Positions 47,117 to 55,900 of a stretch of 64,000 nt of DNA are shown here, piece after piece (within the stretch, counting starts at the first letter, position 1; each line of letters starts with the position of its first letter). The notes beneath the pieces were generated by a model, which worked only from the letters and a program-made list of their open reading frames with translations, was not told the DNA's origin and made no database searches. The translations under genes were made by a program, and so were the position numbers. This DNA comes from Bacteroidales bacterium (lineage in GTDB: Bacteria > Bacteroidota > Bacteroidia > Bacteroidales > DTU049), in contig JAAYOU010000029.1 in NCBI GenBank assembly GCA_012520175.1, positions 8,867-72,866 on the forward strand, written 5' to 3'.

Positions 47117-47553
47117 TTTATTATGTATTCAAGTGTTAATTTGTCATATTCTTTAATTATACTAAAGTTATGTTTTAAATAAAAATTTATCGCTCTTTTG
47201 TTCTCTACTTTTACCTCTAGTAATATTTTATTTAATTCATTATGTTTAGCATAATCTATTGCTTGTCTAAGTAATGTCGTTGCTATTCCTCTACGAGCAT
47301 ATTGTTCTGATACACTTAAGTTTGTTATAAAAGCGTATCTTCCGTCTTTATTTATATAAATTGCTAGTAAAGCTACTAAAGTTTTATCCGAAAACACCTC
47401 GAATCTATTTGCTAATTTATAAAGTTTATCTGCATAAAGTTCTATATCAACATAAGATTCAAGTTTTGGGTCAAAGCTTGTATTTACATCATGCAAATGT
47501 GTTTTTATTTGATTTACATCTGATTGATTAAAGCTAAAACTTAAGTCATCCAT
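47113..47553 (-). CDS. GNAT-family N-acetyltransferase
   Basis: 146 aa with VSEQYARRGIATTLL (the Q/R-x-x-G-x-A motif). 4-nt overlap with the downstream GT2. Confidence 0.8.
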   Translation of the reverse strand: MDDLSFSFNQSDVNQIKTHLHDVNTSFDPKLESYVDIELYADKLYKLANRFEVFSDKTLVALLAIYINKDGRYAFITNLSVSEQYARRGIATTLLRQAIDYAKHNELNKILLEVKVENKRAINFYLKHNFSIIKEYDKLTLEYIIK

Positions 47554-47577
47554 AATAAATACTAAACTCTTATTGCT

Positions 47578-48288
47578 TTAAAAGTGATACTCAAAATTGT
47601 TTAACATCTCATAAATTGTCTCTTTTTCATTAAACATTGCTACATCAATAATAGAGAGCCAAGGTACGAATGTGTTTTTGAACTGTTGATATACTATATC
47701 TTTTGATTTTATAAAATTTAATTTTATGTTATGCTCTTTGAATCGATCTACAGAATACAACTCTAAGCCACCTATAGGATTTATATATATATCTGCGTTC
47801 AAATTCTTACAAATAGCTATAACTTTATTTTCTCCTTTATACTTTTCTATATCAATAGATAAATTAGAAGATTTTATTATTTCAGTGTTTATATTTAAAA
47901 AATCTTTCCATATTAATAAAGAATTGTAAATATAATCAAATAAATTTTTATTATGACAAAGCAATATTTTTTCAACCATTGGCATTATTTCATTAAACAT
48001 TGGTGCTTTTCTATATGCTTCAGTTATCTTATTCATTATTTTTTCAACCTCTTTTAAATGAAATTGTTCTGATAAAAATCGCTCATTAACATTTAAATAA
48101 TCTGAATCTTTTTTTAACGAAAGAGAAATATATTCATCTTTTCCATCAACCAAAATTCTATTTCTATTTATCCATCCTTTTTTTGTGTACTCAATGTTGT
48201 CATAAACTACAAAAACATCTACTAATTTCATTAATTGCCAATATCCTATGTATGGACAAAAATATGGTTGCATTATGGCTATTGTCAT
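47578..48288 (-). CDS. WbqC-family protein
   Basis: N-terminal IAIMQPYFCPYIGYWQLM is the WbqC signature as I recall it. 236 aa. Confidence 0.8.
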   Translation of the reverse strand: MTIAIMQPYFCPYIGYWQLMKLVDVFVVYDNIEYTKKGWINRNRILVDGKDEYISLSLKKDSDYLNVNERFLSEQFHLKEVEKIMNKITEAYRKAPMFNEIMPMVEKILLCHNKNLFDYIYNSLLIWKDFLNINTEIIKSSNLSIDIEKYKGENKVIAICKNLNADIYINPIGGLELYSVDRFKEHNIKLNFIKSKDIVYQQFKNTFVPWLSIIDVAMFNEKETIYEMLNNFEYHF

Positions 48289-48296
48289 ATCATAAA

Positions 48297-49616
48297 CTAT
48301 TGTTTATACTTTATTTTACTTAATATATCAAAATTTTTTCGAGCTTTAGCTTTTACCAATGGAATTTGTTTATCTAGCATTTTTCTATACTCTTCAAGAT
48401 TACTAAATGCTCGTTCTATCTTTTCATTTAAATCGTTTTGTTTTGCCGGATCTGCTAGAAAGTCTTCAACACCTGCTTCTATGCAAAAGCCCTTCAACTT
48501 ATGTGCTTTAGGTTCATGACCATAGTCTATTACTACAGTAGGAACACTTTGTGAAAGTCCTGCTACTGCTCCATGTACTCTTCCAGACACAATCATATCA
48601 AACTTTCCAATAACAGCTTTTGTCTCCCATGCATTACAAACTCTATCAATAAGATGAACATTTTTAGCTATACCCCTATGTTTTAGCACATTATATAATT
48701 GTTGTGCGGTTTCATAATCCCGTCCATGTATAAGTTTAAATTCAAGTGGGGGTATAGGAAAACCATTTGAGTGCGACATCAAGAACACGCTAGCACCAAG
48801 TTTCTCTGTTATGAATTCAACAGCTTCTGCAAATATTGTAAATTCATCAACTCTTCTATTTTTTTTATCGAAAGGTGCCTCCAAAAAGTTCCATCCGCAC
48901 AGTATAAATCCGACTGTTTTTTGTTTGTTTCCAACTATCCCCAATTCTGTTGCAATAGCTGTAGCCACGTTATCATCTGACGGCTCAAACAAAAAAGCAG
49001 GACAAGCAAAGCTTTGAGTGTTTGACACATCAAATCCATATGATTTCATCAGCCCAATACTTAATGATTCTCTGTTAGTAACAAGTGTAAAGTTTTTATA
49101 AACTTCACGTGCAAACTCTAAATTGTTTAAATTACTAAATGGACCTGGTGAGCCAGCTAACATTACATTGGGTTTACCCATTAGCTGTGCTACTCTATCC
49201 TTTAAAAGACCTATAAGTAATCTATTTTTTCCTAAAAAGTCAGCATTATCGCCCCAAATATCACCGCTAAAATCTATTACAAGATCAGAACGCATTACGG
49301 CATCTATGTAAGGTGTAGTTTCCTTAAGTTCCCCTGTTTGAGCATATTTTTTAGCTATATTATATTCTCTTTCTGCTATAGGGAGATTATCTATTCCAAA
49401 GTCATAGTAATAGCCTATTGGCAATACTTCTACTTGCTCATCTTGACAAAAACGATCACTCATTTGAAATGTGGTAGAAATTTTTGCTTGGGGAAATACT
49501 CTATGTAATTCTCTTACAAAAGGTTCTATGATGTAGTAGTTACCTATATTTCCAAATTCCATTCGTCCCCAATGTAATGTGCATTGTCCTATTAGTAATA
49601 TATTTTTCATAAACAT
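48297..49616 (-). CDS. polysaccharide pyruvyl transferase family protein
   Basis: SGD.WGDN, and a late SGR.HG...G.S..VP motif (IVSGRVHGAVAGLSQSVPTV). Confidence 0.7.
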   Translation of the reverse strand: MFMKNILLIGQCTLHWGRMEFGNIGNYYIIEPFVRELHRVFPQAKISTTFQMSDRFCQDEQVEVLPIGYYYDFGIDNLPIAEREYNIAKKYAQTGELKETTPYIDAVMRSDLVIDFSGDIWGDNADFLGKNRLLIGLLKDRVAQLMGKPNVMLAGSPGPFSNLNNLEFAREVYKNFTLVTNRESLSIGLMKSYGFDVSNTQSFACPAFLFEPSDDNVATAIATELGIVGNKQKTVGFILCGWNFLEAPFDKKNRRVDEFTIFAEAVEFITEKLGASVFLMSHSNGFPIPPLEFKLIHGRDYETAQQLYNVLKHRGIAKNVHLIDRVCNAWETKAVIGKFDMIVSGRVHGAVAGLSQSVPTVVIDYGHEPKAHKLKGFCIEAGVEDFLADPAKQNDLNEKIERAFSNLEEYRKMLDKQIPLVKAKARKNFDILSKIKYKQ

Positions 49617-49669
49617 CTAAATTGTTTTAATAAAACATTTTTCATAGCTTTAGCTTTATCTTTATTTTA

Positions 49670-49957
49670 TTATTGGCTATTTTCTTTTGTATCAGGTTCA
49701 ATAATTTGCCAATAACCGCTTTTTGCAGGTCCAATACGTTGCAAAAATCCCATAGTTTTAAGTTTTGCTATATTTTCTTTGGTTTTTCTTAATGAAATTT
49801 GCAATATGTTTGATAGTTCTTGTGTTGTAATACGATTGTTTTTAGCTATTTCATTTATAATTATTTTTTGGTTATCGGTGACCTTATCGGTGACCTTATC
49901 TTTTAATTCAGCATTATCCTTTTCAGCAATTATATTATATATATCTTGTTGTGTCAT
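49670..49957 (-). CDS. orphan winged-helix DNA-binding protein (95 aa)
   Basis: ITTQELSNILQISLRKTKENIAKLKTMGFLQRIGPAKSGYWQIIE resembles the C-terminal wHTH of AlbA_2/ATPase-type regulators. It contains a perfect in-frame 12-bp tandem duplication at 49877-49900. Confidence 0.6.
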   Translation of the reverse strand: MTQQDIYNIIAEKDNAELKDKVTDKVTDNQKIIINEIAKNNRITTQELSNILQISLRKTKENIAKLKTMGFLQRIGPAKSGYWQIIEPDTKENSQ

Positions 49958-50007
49958 TTTATAATTACATTTAGTTTAGGTTATCTGCATTATTCTTAAT
50001 TTCATCA

Positions 50008-51129
50008 CTATCTTGTTTTAATAAGTTCAATAACTCTATCTATATCCTCTGCTTGTAATTCATGATACATAGGCAAGCAAATCACACTATTAGCCAACTT
50101 ATGTGCATTTGGCAGGTTAGATTTTTTTGCCGAAGGCAAACCCTTATAAGTAGGAAACTCACTAATCAATGGATAAAAGTATCTTCTACCAAATATATTT
50201 TTTTCTTGAAGTTTAAAGTAAAGTTCATCTCGAGTCATACCATAAGCAATTTCATCTACAAATATTGGAAAATAGGAATAGTTGTGTTTAACACCTGGTA
50301 TATCTTCCATAAATGAAATTCCTTCTACACTTTTTAATTCTTTACGATATTTTTCAGCTACTTGTTGACGTTGCGAAATTGCTTTGTTGACATGCTTTAA
50401 TTGTAATAAACCGTAAGCAGCACGCACTTCGTCTATTTTTCCATTTATACCGGGAGCAATAACTGTTGTCTCGCCAGCAAATCCAAAGTTTTTTAAGTAA
50501 TCAATTCGTTTTTTTGTCTCTGCATCGCGACAAACAAGGGCTCCACCCTCTATTGTATTATAAGTTTTTGTGGCATGGAAACTAAGAGTTGCCATATCAC
50601 CAGCTTCTAAAATTGATTTTCCATTTATTTCTACACCAAAAGCATGTGCAGCATCATAAATTACTTTTAGTCCATAAATGTCTGCAATTTCCTTAATACG
50701 CTCTATATTGCATGGATTACCATAGACATGCACAGGCATGATAGCAGTAGTTTTTGGTGTTATTGCAGCTTCTATCTTTTCGGGGTCAAGGTTTCCAGTT
50801 TTTAAGTCAACATCTACAAACACAGGTTTTATACCATTCCACCAGAGAGAATGGGTTGTTGCTACAAAGCTATATGGTGTTGTAATAACCTCGCCAGTAA
50901 TACGCAATGCTTGCAGAGCTACCATAATAGGTAGTGTACCATTAGTAAAAAGGCTTATATATTTAACTCCTAAATATTCCTGTAATTCTTCTTCTAATTT
51001 TTTATGAAACTGTCCAACATTTGTAATATGCTTGCTATTCCATATTTCTTTTAAATATACAACAAAATCTTCGAGAGGAGGAAGAAGTGGAGAAGTAACT
51101 GTAAGTTTTTTATTGTCTTTTTTATTCAT
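50008..51129 (-). CDS. DegT/DnrJ/EryC1/StrS-family sugar aminotransferase
   Basis: PLP-lysine context SFHATKTYNTIEGG. The start is moved to the ATG at 51129 (MNKKDNKKLTVTSPLLP...) because candidate -7 boxes lie inside the longer ORF. Confidence 0.9.
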   Translation of the reverse strand: MNKKDNKKLTVTSPLLPPLEDFVVYLKEIWNSKHITNVGQFHKKLEEELQEYLGVKYISLFTNGTLPIMVALQALRITGEVITTPYSFVATTHSLWWNGIKPVFVDVDLKTGNLDPEKIEAAITPKTTAIMPVHVYGNPCNIERIKEIADIYGLKVIYDAAHAFGVEINGKSILEAGDMATLSFHATKTYNTIEGGALVCRDAETKKRIDYLKNFGFAGETTVIAPGINGKIDEVRAAYGLLQLKHVNKAISQRQQVAEKYRKELKSVEGISFMEDIPGVKHNYSYFPIFVDEIAYGMTRDELYFKLQEKNIFGRRYFYPLISEFPTYKGLPSAKKSNLPNAHKLANSVICLPMYHELQAEDIDRVIELIKTR

Positions 51130-51154
51130 AATATCAGACGATAAAATTATTTGC

Positions 51155-51162
51155 CAAAAATA
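51155..51162 (-). promoter_or_regulatory. candidate -7 box (TAnnTTTG) for the minus-strand polysaccharide operon
   Basis: The plus strand reads caaaaata, which is tatttttg on the minus strand, 26 nt upstream of the ATG at 51129. A second copy lies at 51193-51200. Confidence 0.35.
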
Positions 51163-51385
51163 ACATCTTTTTGCAAAGATAGGTTTAATGTTCAAAAATA
51201 ATGATAAAATCTTCTGTAATCAAGTACAAATAATATTTTCAATGTGTTTTTAATGGTAAAATATCATTACTTTTGAACATTACCCTCAAAGATATAAAAT
51301 ATATTTTTAAAATTTGATTCTTTTGTACACACCGTCCTTTTTAAAAAATTAAACAAAATTTTTGGTTGCGTTAGAGATTAAATAT

Positions 51386-51393
51386 TATTTTTG
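51386..51393 (+). promoter_or_regulatory. candidate -7 box (TAnnTTTG) with upstream TTG for the flippase gene
   Basis: tatttttg at 51386-51393, with TTG at 51366-51368 (17-nt spacer). The ATG is at 51412. Confidence 0.35.
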
Positions 51394-51411
51394 TGTTGCT
51401 AATTGATAAGT

Positions 51412-52884
51412 ATGGGTACATCCGTAAAAGATTCTTTTTTTAAAGGAATATTTTGGAATGCGACAGGAAAAATTAGCCATCAAGGAATATCTTTTGTCGT
51501 ATCCATTATTCTTTCTCGAATACTTGTTCCCGCAGAATTTGGAATGATAGCAATGCTAACAATTTTTACTGAAATTGCGAAGTGCTTTATAGATTCAGGT
51601 CTCGGAGCTGCTCTTATTCAAAAAAAAGACTGTACCTCCAAAGATTTTTCTACTGTTTTTTACTTTAATATTACTGTAAGTTTTATTTTCTACCTTATAC
51701 TTTTTTTTACAGCTCCTTTCATTGCAAAATTTTATGAGCTACCTGAACTCACAAACATAACTCGTCTTATTGCTCTTGTCTTTTTGATAAACTCATTTGG
51801 AACTATTCAGTCAACAATACTTTCAAAAAGTCTTAATTTTAAAAGTCTTAACATCGTGGCTGTTATTGCAGTAACAGTATCGGCAATAGTTGCTATAATC
51901 ATGTCGTTAAACGGTTTTGGTGTTTATTCAATAGTTGGTCAACACATATCTTATGCTCTTGTATCAAATTTATTATATTGGATTTTATCAGATTGGCGAC
52001 CCAGTTTTGTATTTTCAAAAAAATCATTCCGCGAACTTTTTGGTTTTGGATATAAACTTTTATTTTCAGCAATACTTAACCAAATATTTACACACCTTGA
52101 CAGCTTGCTGATTGGTAAAATATTTTCAGCAAAATCTCTGGGGCTTTATACAAGAGCAAAAACAACAAAAGATTTACCCATAAACAGCACAACAGGAATT
52201 GTACAATCCATACTTCTTCCTATTTTTTCAAAAATCAATAACGATGAACAACTTGCAGCTGTTGGATTAAAAATATATCGTATGTTTTTCTACATTATTT
52301 CCCCATTAATGGTTGGATTAATTATTACCGCCGAACCATTTATTATTACTCTTTTTTCTGACAAATGGCTCCCTTCTGCTCCTTGGATGCAAATAATTTG
52401 TATATCAGGAATTACATACCCACTGTCAGTTACATTATGTCATCTTATATTAGCAAAAGGGAAATCAGGTACTTTTTTAAAATTAGAAATAATAAAAAAA
52501 ACACTCACTTTATTAGCAATGATAATAGGATTATATTTTGGAATTAACGAGTTTCTTTGGTGTACTGTAATAGCCTCATATATAGGACTATATCTTAACT
52601 TAATTTATGCAGCAAACGCATTAAAAACAATAAAAAAGACTAAGTTTATAACCGCATTATTACCAGCTTTAGCAATATCTATCATAATGGGAATTTGTGT
52701 TTTTGGCATTAATTATCTTCAAATTGGCACACCTTGGATTAAATTAATTGTTATGACTTTTATTGGAATGTTAATATATGTCTTATTATCAAAGCTTTTC
52801 AATTTATGGGAGTATGGGTATATTAAGCAATTTATTATTGATAAGTTTAAGGAATATAAAGAATATAAAGCAAAAAAAATATAA
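51412..52884 (+). CDS. wzx: MOP-superfamily polysaccharide flippase (Wzx-like)
   Basis: About 14 TM segments. The N-terminal ...GIFWNATGKISHQGISFVVSIILSRILVPAEFGMIAM is typical of Polysacc_synt proteins. Confidence 0.85.
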   Translation: MGTSVKDSFFKGIFWNATGKISHQGISFVVSIILSRILVPAEFGMIAMLTIFTEIAKCFIDSGLGAALIQKKDCTSKDFSTVFYFNITVSFIFYLILFFTAPFIAKFYELPELTNITRLIALVFLINSFGTIQSTILSKSLNFKSLNIVAVIAVTVSAIVAIIMSLNGFGVYSIVGQHISYALVSNLLYWILSDWRPSFVFSKKSFRELFGFGYKLLFSAILNQIFTHLDSLLIGKIFSAKSLGLYTRAKTTKDLPINSTTGIVQSILLPIFSKINNDEQLAAVGLKIYRMFFYIISPLMVGLIITAEPFIITLFSDKWLPSAPWMQIICISGITYPLSVTLCHLILAKGKSGTFLKLEIIKKTLTLLAMIIGLYFGINEFLWCTVIASYIGLYLNLIYAANALKTIKKTKFITALLPALAISIIMGICVFGINYLQIGTPWIKLIVMTFIGMLIYVLLSKLFNLWEYGYIKQFIIDKFKEYKEYKAKKI

Positions 52885-52958
52885 ATATTTAAAATAAACT
52901 TTTACAATAAACGCTAAAACAAAAACACTCTTTTTAATAATTTATTTATATTTGTCAA

Positions 52959-52966
52959 TATTTTTG
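52959..52966 (+). promoter_or_regulatory. candidate -7 box (TAnnTTTG)
   Basis: tatttttg at 52959-52966, 12 nt upstream of the ATG at 52979. Confidence 0.35.
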
Positions 52967-52978
52967 ATTAAATTCAAA

Positions 52979-55900
52979 ATGAAAAAATTATTTACTATAA
53001 TTCTCATAATATTATCAATAATAGATACTGTAAACTCACAGTCACTTCCGCAAGAAAATCTTCAACTCTGGTTACGAGCCGATTCTGTAGAAATTATTGA
53101 TGGAAAAGTTGCTCGTTGGTATGACCTTAGTTCAAATGAACATGTTATACAACAAACAAATCCTGAATATAGACCGATACAAATTATAAGCGAACTTAAT
53201 TCTCAACCAAGCATTTATTTTAATGGCACAAATAATTATTTTGATGGTGGAAATATCTTAAATATTGGATATGCTTCTCAAACTATGTTTGTAATTGCAA
53301 AATCTGAAAAAAACAGAGGTTCTATTTTGTCAAAAACTTTAACAGGACCAGCAGCAAATCGTTATGGATTACTCTTTTCAGATAATATTTCTTTTTTCTT
53401 TTGGGACAATACAGAGCGTAGGATAGCAACTGATTTAATAATGAATAAATTTTTATATTTAAACACTATAATTGATAAACAAATTAATAAAAACTTTTTT
53501 AATGTTAATAATGATTTAATTGGAGAAAAAACAATAGTTGCAAACCACAATATGACTTCTTCGTATAATTTTCTTATAGGAGCATCTGCAAATAACACAG
53601 GCGGTTTACCACCTTATAATGCATCTTATTTTCAAGGAGAAATTTCTGAAATTTTAATTTTTGATACGGTTTTGTCCCCAGAAAATTTTAATTTGGTTGA
53701 AAATTATTTGTTCGATAAATACACAGAAAAATTAGATCTTGGCGAAGATATAAATATTGACTATGGTTTTTGTGATACAAGTTTAACTGTTAGTGATAGT
53801 TTTACAGATATACTATGGTCAACAGGAGATACTTCAAAAAGTATACAAGTTAATAAATCTGGTTATTATTCTGTTTCTGCTAAAGATATTTTTGGCAGGA
53901 CTCAATATGATACTGTTTTTGTAAAATTTCCTTCACCAAATATTTCTAATTCAAATATTTGTTTAGGAGATTCTATTTTATACTCTCCTATTTTAACAGG
54001 AACTTATTTTTATTTATGGTCTGATTTAAGTTCTGAACCTGAAAAATATTATTCAGAACAAGGAGATTACTGGCTTAGAATAGAGGATAATAAAGCTTGC
54101 GTTGACACAGTGTTTTTTTCTATAACCTTTGACTATTTTAAAGACAGTATTGATTTGGGTTCAGACACCTCTCTATGTGCAGGAAACACTTTAAAACTCA
54201 AAAAAGGAGAAAACTTATGCTCAAGTTTTTTATGGTCGCCATCGGGCAATACTAATTCTTCAGAAATAGTAAATGAAACTGGTTGGTATAAATTAGAAGT
54301 TTATAATGAAAACTCTTGTTATGCTAGAGATTCTATTTTTGTAAATATTATAGGAACAGCTCCGTCTATTAATTATTCTGTAGAGAATCTTTGCTTTGGC
54401 GATACTACAGTTTTTTATGATAATTCTTCGCCTTCACCCGATATCTTGAGTTGGAAGTGGATAATAAATGAAAATGATACTATTTTTTCGCAAAATGCAG
54501 AATATGTCTTTTCCGATATTGGTCAACAAAATATTCAGTTGTTTATAAAAACATCAGGGTGTGATAATAATTTAGATTTTAGCGTAAACATAAAACCTAA
54601 AGCTCAGATAAGTTTCACAGCATTACCTTCTTGCTCTGGCATAGAAAATCAATTTATATCTTCTGTAAATATTCCAAGTTTTACAAATGTTTCTTCTTAT
54701 TCATGGCAAATGAATAATATTAAAATTGGCACAGAAGTAAATCTTTCTTATTTATTTCCTTCGGTCGGAGATTATAATTTGAATTTTGAGCTTGTTCTTG
54801 ATAATGGCTGTGTCTCAAGTTATGATTCTATAATAAATGTACAGAATTCTTATCCTTTGCCAGAATATTTTTCTGCAATATTTCCTAAAAATAATTATTT
54901 ACTAAGCTCTGACTCACAAAAAATTGATTTTACATGGAATTTTCCTCCAGATGCAAAGTTTTTTAAACTTCAGTTTTCTGATACTCAAAATTTTTCTAAT
55001 ATACTTTATGAAACTGAAAATATTTTTAATAATACATATTCTTACGACTTAAGTTTATTGCCAATAGACTCAATATTTTGGCGTATTCAGGCTTATAATT
55101 TTTGTGAAGATTTTGCAACTTCAAATACTTATTTAATTTATAAATTTTCTCCTACAAATTTATCAAATCTTGCTTTATGGCTCAGAGCCGACTCGGTAGA
55201 AATTATTGACGGAAAAGTTGTACGTTGGTATGACCTTAGTTCAAATGAACATATTATACAACAAACAAATCCTGAATATAGACCGATAAAAATTATAAGC
55301 GAACTTAATTCTCAACCATCAGTTTATTTTAACGGTACAAATAATTATTTTGATGGTGGAAATATCTTAAATATTGGATATGCTTCTCAAACTATGTTTG
55401 TAATTGCAAAATCTGAAAAAAATAGAGGTTCTATTTTGTCAAAAACTTTAACAGGACCAACAGCAAATCGTTATGGATTACTCTTTTCAGATAATATTTC
55501 TTTTTTCTTTTGGGACAATACAGAACGTAGGATAGCAACTGATTTAATAATGAATAAATTTTTATATTTAAACACTATAGTTGATAAACAAATTAATAAA
55601 ATCTTTTTCAATGTTAATAATGATTATATTGGGGAAAAAATAATAGCTGCAAACTACGATATGACTTCTACATATAATTTTCTTATTGGCGCATCGGCAA
55701 ATAACACAGGTGGTTTACCACCTTATAATACATCATATTTTCAAGGAGAAATTTCTGAAATTTTAATTTTTGATACAGTTTTGTCTTCAAAAGATTTTAC
55801 TTTAGTTGAAAATTACTTATTGAGTAAATATATTCCGCCCGTCAATTTAGGTGCTGATATAAATATTCCATACGGATTATGTCCGCAGACCTTAAAAACT

